From: the human T2T-CHM13v2.0 reference genome, Homo sapiens
Reading direction: 5' to 3' (one strand)
DNA: 64,000 bases
NCBI RefSeq assembly: GCF_009914755.1
Contig: NC_060948.1
Below the pieces are notes generated by a model. It made no database searches. It worked only from the letters and a program-made list of their open reading frames with translations, and had not been told where the DNA came from. Positions 15,001 through 26,600 of the stretch are shown in pieces (the stretch's first letter is position 1; each line of letters begins with the position of its first letter). The translations under genes and the position numbers were made by a program.

Positions 15001-18000
15001 GTGTTGTGCATTGTTGCTCTATGCCATGTGGGGTTTCCTGCAGAACCACACAGCTTCAGGCGAGACCAGGCTGTATGTTTCTGTGGGAGTGTTGCAAATG
15101 TTCAAAATCTGCATGTGTGTTTGTGGCATTGTGTGTTTGTGTGTGTGTGCATGTGTGTGTCTGTAAGTGGAGTCTGCTTAAAGGAATGTAGCTATTGCAC
15201 TATAGCATTTTTTTTGAGTCTCCAAAAATTTTGGTGACTTGTCTCTGCTGTTTTACTTGGTATGTGTGTTCTTTATTTTTCTGTGGATCATGAATGCAGT
15301 TAATTGAGAGGCTGGCTATGACCTGCTAGGGTCCAAGTCCCCTCCACCTGCAAAAGTGTCACTCTTCAGGAAAGAACAGGAGAAAACCACACCTAAGAAT
15401 AGACATCACAATGTTTTTCATTGTTCTGTGGCCATCCCAGGGAGAGACAATAGCAGTGTTGTTCACAAGACCCTTTGAATTTACCTAGAATTTGGTTCCC
15501 AGGAGAGCAGGTTCTACATGTCATGAGGGGCAACTCCTCCATCGTTTTGGGATTTTTTTTCTGGAACAGAGAGTGTGAGCAGCAAAAAGAACAGTTAGGG
15601 GTGAGGATACAATCTGCTGAGGGGTGTATGGGGTCCCACACCTTAGCTTGCAAAAAAGTTTAAAACAGATGACACAGAAGGTGTTTCCAACTGCATTGCC
15701 AAATTCCTTTAGTTGCAAAAGCAGTCCACACAATCCCCATTGTTCAGGTGGGAGTACTCCAACGTTCAGGGAATATTTGGAGTGCAAACTGGGGCCATCC
15801 TCACAATCTCCCAATTTGAGGGCTTTTATATCTGAAGCATAATGGGAGGGCAATCGATAGATACTGGGTGGCATGTGGCCTCCACACTTGCCTCTTGTTT
15901 TCTTGACTTCCGTGTTCCTTTTCAGCATAGGGTTTCCTTGGTCTGGCTCAATTTCTTCCAAACTAAATGTTCCCAGTTCATGGAGGACGACCCTCATGGG
16001 AATTCATTGAGTGAATGTTTCCTTCTAAACACTGTCACGTTTTAATGACTGGAGAGTTGTGATACTTTTAGAACTGTAAATTCCCGTTGCAGCCACCAAC
16101 AAGGAAACTCTTGTTCTCCCACTTCTATCAGAGGGCTACACAGTTTCTCTAGGATGAGAAACAGGCAGGCATTTCTGTCTTTTGCCTGGAAATCTAGACT
16201 CTATTTCATTTCATCTATATGTCCTTTCTTATTGTGGAGGGGATCTTTCATTGGGCTGTTTCTGGATGGGGGTGCCACTCACCACAAATCTTTTGGCTGC
16301 CAGGGATTTCTGAAAGCAAAAGGGAATTTAGGCAGGCTGGCTGAGCTCCAGCTTGTGGGTCATGGTCTCATTGTTGCAGCTGAGGCTGTTTGCAATTTGC
16401 AGGAGGATTTAGGGTCCTGTGACAGAAATCTTTGAATGTTACTTGGACTCCAGCACAAGTCAGGTGGTTCTCTCAGGCAGGCCTTGAATTTTCTTTGCTT
16501 TCATCTTGGGTCCACAGTGCCCCTCAACAGCATTACTGGAAACCCTTTTTAGGCTTGCATTCATCACAGACGGGCTCTGAGACACTGTCTCAACCTCATC
16601 TGAATCCGTTAGGGGTCAGCTCGAGGTCAGAGAACACTGCTCTGCCTTGGACTTGCTTTTTTCGTGGTTCCTTCCTTTCCCAGAGGGCCTCTGCAAGGCC
16701 CAGCATGAAGGGAGGCAGTGAGGTCAAGAGCCCAGCCATCTTTTGATGACACCCACCTCTGGTCTCTCAGGTATGATTCCACCACCCAAAGAGCCCTCAA
16801 CAACTCACCAGAATATATTCTAACCTCCATCTGTCCAGACTCTTGCACACAGCCTTTCAGGAATGGAATCAGAGTAACACTTTCCAAAGACCACCTCGTA
16901 GTCTCGAATCACCTCCTTCTCCAGTGGGACCTGGCCACAGGAATGACTTGTAGAGGCACTACAGTTGAGACATTTATGGTCCCTCATTGAGTTATTGTAG
17001 GCAGCATTTTTTTCAATACCGTGCCGGCTCTTCCTGTATCTTTTTTTTTCTTTTTTTTTTAGGCTGGCTGACAGGTCTGACAGCCCATCACGAAAGCCTG
17101 CATACTCTTAGACACAAGGACTGAGCTATGGGCTCCAGCTAGCATCACAATGAAGGCCACCATTGCCTAGGGATAAGTCCCTGTGACTTTGTGGATAAGA
17201 ACTCCGTGGAGGTGAGTCAGCGGTGGACTCTCGCCTATCTTCCCTGTGGGATTCCCACGATAGTCCCATGGGCCTAAGGAGAGGGAGCAGGTGAGTCAGC
17301 CTGAAGAAAAGTCAAGCACAGCCCCAGGAATAAGCCACAAAATCCGTACAGATCCAAAAGAATCTGCAGGATGCCTCAAGCCTCCCAGACTTTGTCGGGA
17401 TGAGTCTTTTTAAAACTTACCATACTGTAATTTCTAGGCACAGGCTGCCTGTGTTCCCTGGGGTTGCTCTTTCAAAGGCAGGGCTTCCTGCAGAACCAAG
17501 AAGCCTAAGAAGCTGCTGGGCTGTGTGTTTTTGTGAGAGTGTTGCAAATGTTGGAAATCTGCATGTATGTGGTAGTGTGTATGTGTGATTGAGTGTGTGT
17601 GTGCCTGTTAAGTGGAGTCTGCTTAAAGGAATGTGGCTAATGCACTGCAGTGATTCTTTTTTCTTTTTTTTTTTTTGAGTCTCCAAACATTGTAGTGGCC
17701 TGTATGTGTGGGTCTACTTGGGCTGCTGGGATCCATATTCTTTATTTTTCTGAGGATCATGAATCTGCAGTGAATTGGCAAGCTGGCTGAGAAACACCAC
17801 TGTCCAAATCACCTTCCTTTGCCAAAAAAGCCACTCTTCTAGAAAGAACAGAAGAACACCACAACCAAGAACAGAAATATACCAGTGTTTAATTGTCTTT
17901 CAGCCAATCCAAGGAGAGACACTATCATTCATCTCTACCGGGCCTATTAAATTTACCTCGAATTTGATTCCCAGAGGAGTTGGTGCTTCACATCATCAGG

Positions 18001-21000
18001 GGGAACTTCTCCATTGTCTTGGGATTTCAGTCTGGGATAGAGACTTTGAACAGCAATAAGGTAATAAGGTCAGATAGGGGTGGGGATACCCCTCTGGTGA
18101 GGGGTGGATGCCATGCTGTACCTTCACCTGCAAAAAAAGAAAAAAAAAAAAGAAGACAGATAACACAGAAGTTGCTTCCAACTGCATCCCAGCATTCTCT
18201 TAGTTGCACAAGCCGCACATACCATGGCCCTGTGTTCACGCGGGAGTACTCCAACGTGCAGGGGACATTTGGAGTACAAACTGGGGCCAAGTTGGCTAAC
18301 TCCATATTTGAGGGCTTTCATACCCAGAACCAAATGGGACTGGGAGGGATTGATGCTGGTGGCATGTGGCCTCCACACTTTCATCTTTGCATTCTGACTT
18401 CCATGTTCCTCATCGACCTAAGGTTTCCTGGGTCTGGATCTAAGTTTTCCATAACAAGCATTTCCACTTCACAAGGATGATCTCATGGGGATCCATTGTG
18501 TGATTATTTCTTTCTAAGCACTGTCTCAGTTTAATGTCTGGGCAGCTGTGATAATTTTAAAACAATAAATTCACATTCCAGTGGCCAAGAAGGAAACTCT
18601 GTTTCTCCCACTTCTATCGGAGAGCTGCATGATTCCTGTAGGATGAGAAGGAGGCAGCCCTGTGTGGCTTTTTCTGGTAATCTAGGATCTGTTTTATTAG
18701 ATCTGCCCATCCTTTCTCATTGTGGAGGGTTTCTTTCACTGTGCTATAGCTGGGTGGGAGTGCCTCTTGCCAAAGATCTATTGGTTGCCAGGGATTACAG
18801 GGAAAAATAGAAACTTCAGGTAGGCTGGCTACACTCCAGGTTGTGGGTTGTTTTCTCATTGTGGAGGCTCAGGTGGTTTTCACTTTGTAGAAGGCTTTGG
18901 GTTCTCTGACAGGAATATTTGAACATTGCCTGGATGCCAGGGCAAGTAACCTCATTCAATCAGGGGAGTCTTGATTTTTCTTTCATTTCATGGGGGGTCC
19001 ACAGTTCTCCTCAACAGTGCTAATAGACATTCTTTACAGGCTTACAATCACCACAGACAACCTTTGAGACACTGTCCCAACATCATCTGCACCTATGAAA
19101 GGCCAGTGCGATGTGTGAGAACACTGCTCCACACTGGATTTGTCTTTGTCGTGGTTCCTACCTTTCCCAGAGAGACCTTGTGAGGCCCAAAATGAAGGGA
19201 GGCAGTGAGGCCAAGGCCCTGGTAGTCTGTCACTGACATCTGCCTCTGGGGTCTCAGGTATGATTCCATCATGCAAAGACCTCTCAACAATTCCCCAGAC
19301 TATATTTCAATACCCATGGGACACGATTCCTGCACACAGCCTTTTTTAAGAATGGAGTCAGAAGGGCACTTTCCAGCGACTACCTCACAGTATCAAAATG
19401 TCTCCTCCTCCAGAGGGAACGACCCAGAGATGGCCCAAAGATGCCCTAAGCTCAAAAGTTTAGAGTCCCACAGTGAATTATCACAGGCAGCATTATTTCT
19501 GACACCAGATCAGCTCTGTCTGTACCATTTTCCTCTGTTTAGGCAGGCTGACATCTCCTAGAGCCAGGCACAACAACCTGCCTCATGAAGGGATATGTGC
19601 TAGTATCAGGGCACCAGGCATGAGATGTGCACTATGGCTAGCGTCACAGTCAATGCCACCATTGACTACTGACAAGTCCCTATGGCTTGGCGGAAAAGGA
19701 GAATTTCGTGGGGGCGGGGGGTGGGTATTGGTGTTGGAATTTCGCCTGCCATCTCTGTGGGATTCACAGTATAGTCCCATGATCCCAGGAGAGGGCAGAG
19801 GTGAACCAAACTGAAAAAAAAACATCAATCAGAGCCAGGAATAAGCCCTGAAATCCCTAAGGATCCAAAAATATCTGCAGAATGCCTTAGGCCTGCCTAG
19901 ACGTTGTAGGGGTGAGTCTTTTGGAAACTTGCCCTACTCTGATTTCTATGTAGAGCCTGTTTTCCCCATGGCTGCCCTCTCCCAGGTGGAGCTTCCTGCA
20001 GAACCACACAACCCAGAAGCTGCAGGGCTGAGTGTTGCTATGGGAGCATTGGGAGTGCTGGATGTCTGCTTGTGTGTGTGTGGCTTTCGGTGTTTTTTTG
20101 TTTGTGTGTGTGTGCCTGTACATGGAGTCTGCTTAAAAAAAATCTGGCTAACGCACTGTGGCACTTCATTTTTCAAGTCTCCTAACATTTTGGTGGCCTG
20201 TTGGTGTCACTGTTTTGGCTGCAGGGCTCAATGTTCTCTATTTTTCTGTAGATAATGAATCTATTGTGAATTGGGATGCTGGCAGAGGTCCAAATCACCT
20301 TTCCCTGTAAAAACAGTCTCTCTTCTACAAAGAAGAGGAGCACACCACATTCAAGAACAGACATCTTCCAGTGTGTTTTAATCCTGCAGCCAACCCAGTG
20401 ATAGACAGTAGCACTGTTCACAGGGCCCCTTGAATTTACCTCAAATTTGATTCCCACCTGAGTAGGTGCTTCACCTTGTACGGAGGCACTAATCCATTGT
20501 CTTGGGGTTTCACTTTGGGTCAGAGAGTGTGAGCAGCAGTGAGGTCAGATAGGGGTGAGGATACAATCTGGTGAGGGGTGGATGGGGTCCTACACCTTCA
20601 CCTGAAAAAAGGTGAAGACAAATGACAAAGAAGTTATTTCCAACTATATCCTTGTCCTTGTATTCCCTTAATATCACAAGCTGTCCACACTATGGCCCCA
20701 TTTTCATGTGGGAGTACTCTAACACACAGGGAACATTTGGAGTGCAAACTGGGGCCATCCTGGCAAACTCTCAATTTGAGGGCTTTCAAACGCAGAGCCA
20801 AATGTGAGTGGGATGGATTGATACTGGGTGGGATGCAGCTTCCACAATTGCCTCATCTTTTCCTGACTTCTTTGTTCGTCATTGGCGTAGTTTCCTTGGT
20901 CTGGCTCAACGTCTTCTAAACTCAACATTCCCCAGTTCATGGAAAATGATCCTCATGGGATTCTATTGTGTGAGTATTTCCCCCTAAACACTGCCATGTT

Positions 21001-21806
21001 TTAATGACTGGGCAGCTGTGATACTTTTAAAACTGTAAATTCATGCAACAGCCACAAACAAGGAAACTCTTGTTCTCTCACTTCTATAGAAAAGCTGCAT
21101 GATTCCTGGAGAATGTTTTATTGTCCTGAAGTCAACCCAAAAATCAACACTACCAGTCATGTTGCAGAGCTCCTTGAATTAACCTTGAATTCAGTTTCCA
21201 GCTGAGCAGCTGCTTCACGTTGTGAGGGGGCAATCCTCCATCATCCTGGGATTTCATTCTGGGACACAGAGTTTGAGCAGCAATAAGGTAAGATGCGGGT
21301 GAGGATGCAATCTGGTGAAGGGTGGATGGGGTCCCACACCTTCACCTGCAGAAATGGTAAAAACAGATGACACAGAAGGTGCTTCCAACTGCATTTAAGC
21401 ATTCCCTTAATTGCAAAAGGATTCCACACCATGGCCCTGTGTTCTGGTGTGACTACTCCAAGTGGCAGGAAACAATGTTAGTGCAAACTTTGGCAATGCT
21501 GGCACATTCCCTATTGGAGGGCTTTTGTACAGGGAGCCAAGGGGGAGTGGGATGGAATGATGCTGTGTGGGATATGGTCTCCACACTTGCCTCTTCTTTT
21601 CCTCACTTTCGTGTTCTTCATTGGCCCAGAATTTCCTGGGTCTGGCTAAATGTCTTTCACAATAAACGTTTCCTGGTTCACAGAGGATGACCCTCATGGG
21701 AATGTATTTCATCAGTGCTTCCTTCTAAACACTGTCACATTTTAATGGCAGAGCTGTTGTGATACTTTTAAAACCATAAATTCCCATTACAGCCACCAAC
21801 AAATAA

Positions 21807-22107
<301 letters not shown>

Positions 22108-23576
22108 CTTGGGAAACAGTTCTTCTCCCATTTCTATCAAAAGGCTGCATAATTCCAGTAGGATGAGAAGCAGACAGACGTATCTAGCTTTTTTTCTGGT
22201 AATCTATGTTCTGTTTTATTTCATCTGCAAGTCTTGTCTCATTGTGGAGGGCATATAGCATTGAATGTTGCTAGATGGGAATGTCTCTAAATACAGATTT
22301 TGCTGCCACTGATTTCAGAAAGCAAAAATGACTTTGCATAGGCTGGCTGCCTTCCAGCTTGTGGTTCGTGGTCTCATTGTGAGAGCTGAGGTTGTTTGCA
22401 GTTCTCAGGAGGCTTTTGGTTCCTCTGACAGGAACCTTTGAAAGTTTCTTATACTCCAGCTCAAGCCAGCTCCTTCTCTCAAGCAAGCCTTGATTTTTCT
22501 TTCCTTTCAGGCTGGGTCCACATTGCCCCTCAACAGCATTAGTGGACATGATTGTCAGACTTGCAATTTCCGCAGACACCTTCTGTGAACATTTTTCAAC
22601 ATCATCTACATGAGTGAGAGACCCGTTCGACATGTAAGAATACTGCTTGACTTTGGACCTGCCTTTGTCGTGGTTCCTGCCTTTCTCATAGATCCCCTGC
22701 CAGGCCCAGGATGATAGGAGGCAATGAAGTCAAGGGCCGAGCCCCATTCATTGAAAGCTGACTCTGGGGTCTCGGGTATAATTCCATCACATAAAATCCC
22801 CTCAACAACTCACCAGACTATATTCCAATCTCCATGGAACCTGATTCTTGCACACAGCCTCTTTCAGGAATGGAGTCAGAAGAGCAGTCTTCAGAGACCA
22901 CCTCAGTTTGGAAAAGCCTCCTCCTTCAGTGGTTCCCAGCCATGGAGTCATCGTGAAGGGGCTCCATGGTCAATAATTTTACGGTACTGCACTTGGTTAT
23001 CACAGACAGACTTTTTCATGATAGCATGCCATCTCTGTCTATATCATTTTCCTCTGCTTAGGCAGGCTGACAACTCTGACAGCCAGGGGCCCGAATCTAC
23101 CTGGCAAATGTGCATGCTCTACTCTCAGTGCAAAAGGCCTGTTTGGGAGTTCTGACTAGTGTCACAATAAATGCCGCCATTGCCTAGTGACAAGTCCCTG
23201 TGGATTGAGGGAGGAAACCTCCATGTAGGGGCATTGGTAGTGGACTCTCACCTGTCTTCTAAGTAAAATGCATGGGACAGTCCCATGATGCTAGGAGAGG
23301 GCAGACAGAAGCCAGCCTCAAGAAACCTCAAGGGCAGCCTCAGGAATAAACTGAAGCATTCCTAATGATTTAAAATATGTGTAGAATTTCTAATGCCTGC
23401 CTAGATGTTGCAGGGGTGAGTCATTGTGAAACTTGCCCCACTGTGATTTCTAGGTAAAGCCCACCTGTGTTCCTGGGGTGGCTGTCTCCCAGGTGGGGCT
23501 TCCTGCAGGACCACAAAGCCTGAGAAGCTGCCAGACTTTGTGTTTCTGTGAGAGTGTTGTGAGTGTTGGATGTTTG

Positions 23577-23628
23577 CGTGTATGTATGGCTGTGTCTATG
23601 TGTGTGTGTGTGTGTGTGTGTGGTGTCT
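23577..23628 (+). repeat. (TG)n tract, representative of the TG-rich tract carried by nearly every unit
   Basis: Near-pure (TG)n run. Homologous tracts lie at ~1350, 3805, 6320, 8000, 10475, 12775, 15115, 17565, 20070, 26140, 28595, 29670, 32245, 34795, 37130, 44510, 46945, 49450, 52975, 54195, 56315, 58780, 61235 and 63700. Confidence 0.9.
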
Positions 23629-26600
23629 GTAAGGGGAGTCTGCTTAAAGTAATGTTGCTAAAGCACTGCAGCCCCCTTTTTTTTAAGTCTTCCAACTTTT
23701 TAGTGGATTGTCTCAGGCTGCGGGGCTTTGTATTCTTTCTTTTTCTATGGATTATGAATCTGCAATGAAGTCTAAGGCAGGATGAGACCCGCCAGGTAAC
23801 AAAACACCTCCTTCTCCCAAAAAAAACCACTTTCCTAGAAAGAAGAAGGCCATACCACCCTCAAGAACAGACATCTCCCAGTGTTTTATTGTCCTTCAGC
23901 CAACCCAGGGAGAGACAGCAGCAGTCCTGTCTGCAGGGCTTTTTAAATGTACCTCGAATTTAGTTCCCAGCCAAGCTGGTGCTTCACATCGTGAAGGAGA
24001 ACCCCTCCATCATCTTGGAATTTCATTCTGGAACAGAGAATATCAGTAGCAATAAGGTCACAGAGAGATGAAGATACAATGTGGTGAGGGGTGGATGAGG
24101 ACCTGCACCTTAACATGCAAAAAAGGTGAAGACAGAAGACAGAAAGTGCTTCACACTGCATCCCTGCATTCCCTTAATGACACAGTAGTCCACACCATGG
24201 CCCGGTGTTCAGGTGGGAGTACTACAAGGTGCAGGGAACATTTGGAGTGCAAACTGAAGCCATCCTGCAAACTGCCAATTTAAGGGCTTTCATACTAAAG
24301 CCAAATGGGAGTACCATGAATTTATCCTGGCTGGGATGTGGCGTCTACACTTGCCTCTTTTTTTCCTGACTTCCATGCTCCTCATCAGCCTAGGGTTTCC
24401 TGGGTCTGGCTCAACGTCTTCGACACTAAACATTTCCCCATACAGTGATTATGACCCTTATGAGAATCCATTGTGTGCGTATTTCATATTAACAATGTCA
24501 CATTTTAATTACTTGGCAGCTGTGATACTTTTAAAACCATGATTTCCTGTTACAGCTGCCATTAAGGAAACTCTTGTTCTACCACTTCTATCAGGGGCTG
24601 CAAGATCTCTGGGGTGAGAAGCAGGCAGTCATATCTCACTTTTGGCTGGCATTCTAGGCACTGTTCCATTTCATCTGCATGTCGTTTCTCATTGTGGAAG
24701 GGATCTTTCACTGGACTGTTGCTGGATGGTACTACCTCTCATCACAGATCTTTTGGCTGCCAGGGATTTCAGGGAGCAAAAGACACTTTGGGTAGGCTCA
24801 CCAAAATCCAGGTTGTGAGCCATGGTGTCAACGTGGGGGCTGAGGTTGTTTGCACTTTACAGGAGGCTTTTCGGTCCTCTGACAGGAATCTTTGAACATT
24901 GCTTGGACTGCAGCACAAGGCAGATTGTTCTTTCAGGTGAGCATTGATTTTTCTTTGCTTTCATAAGGTATGCATAGTGCCCATCAACAGCAGTACTTGA
25001 CACTTTTCAGGTTTGCCATGGCCACAGACAGCCTTGGAGACACTGTCTCAACCTCATCTGCACCTGTGAGAAGACAGTCCACGATGTGAGAACACTGCTC
25101 CTTCTTGGACTTGCCTTTTTGAGGTTGCTGCCTTTCCCAGAGAGCTCCTGCGAGGTCCAAAATAAAGGGAGGCAGTGAGGCCAAGAGACCGGCCATCTTT
25201 CTCTGACACCCACCTTTGGGGTCTCAGGTATGATTGTATCACCCAAAGAATCCTCAACAACTCACCAGACTATACTCCAATCCCCATGAAACCCGATACT
25301 TGCACATAGACTTTTTCAGAAATGGAGTCTGAAGAGCAGTTTCCAGAGACCATGTCACCATCTTGAAATGCCTTCTTCTCCAGCGGGAACCAATCATGGA
25401 GATGAACTGAAGGGGCCCTGACTTTGCAAATTTTACAGTCCAGCCGTTGGTTTTCGCAGGCAGACTTTGTCCTGATACCAGGCCATCTCTGCTTGTACTA
25501 TTTTCCTCTGCTTAGGCAAGCTGACAGCTCCAACAGTCAGGCGCCTGAGCCACCCTCATGAATGCACATGTGCTAGTCTCAAGGTATCAGGGCTGATTGT
25601 GAGCTTCGGCAAAAGTTACAAAAAAGGTCACCATTGCCTAGTGACAAGTCCCTGCCTCTTGCTGGAGACGGAGACCTCTGTGGAGGTGTGTCAGTGGTAC
25701 ACTCTCACCTATCTTCTCTGTGAAATCCACAAATAGTCTCATGATCATGGCAGAAGGCCTGGAGCTTGGTAGAAAAGGAGAATTCCCTGGAGGTGCACCG
25801 GCATTGGAACCACACCTGTCTTCTCTGTGGGATTCACAGGATAGTCCTAGAAAAGGGCAGATGAGAGCCAGACTGAGGAAAGGTCAAGAAGAGCCCCAGG
25901 AATAAATGGCAAACTGCCTAGGGATCCAAAAGGATTTGGAAGGATTCCTCAGGCCTGCCTAGAGGTTGTAGGGGTGAGTCTTTTAGAAACCTGTCCCAAT
26001 GTGATTTCTAGGTACAACATGCATGTGTTACCCGGGGTTGCTCTCTCCCAGGTGGGGATTTCTGATGAGCCACACAGCCTCAGTAGCTGCCAGGCAGTGA
26101 GTTTCCGTGGGAATGTTGCAAGTGTTGGTTGTCTTTGTGGGTAGGTGTGGCATTGTGTATTTGTGTGTGTGTTTGCGTGCCTGTAAGTGGAGTCTGCTTA
26201 AAGGAATGTGGCTAATGCACTGCAGCATTTCTTTTATTTTTGAGTCTCTTATCCTTATAGTGGCCTGTCTGTGTGGCTCGGCTTGGGTTGCCGGGATTCA
26301 TGTTCTTTATTTGTCTGTGGATCATGAATCTGCAGTGAATTGGGAGGTGGGCCGAGACACACAAGCATCCAAATCACCTCCCCTGCAACAAAAGCCACTC
26401 TTCTAGAAAGAAGATGAGCATACCACACCAAAAAAAAGAGATCTCCCAGTGTTTTATTGACCTGAGTCCAAACCAGAAAGTGACACTCACAGACCTGTGT
26501 GCATGGCCCCTTGAATTTACATCAAATTCAGTCTCCAGCTGAGCAGATGCTTCATGTCATGAGGAAGATCTTGTCCATCATCTTGGATTTCATTCGGGGA

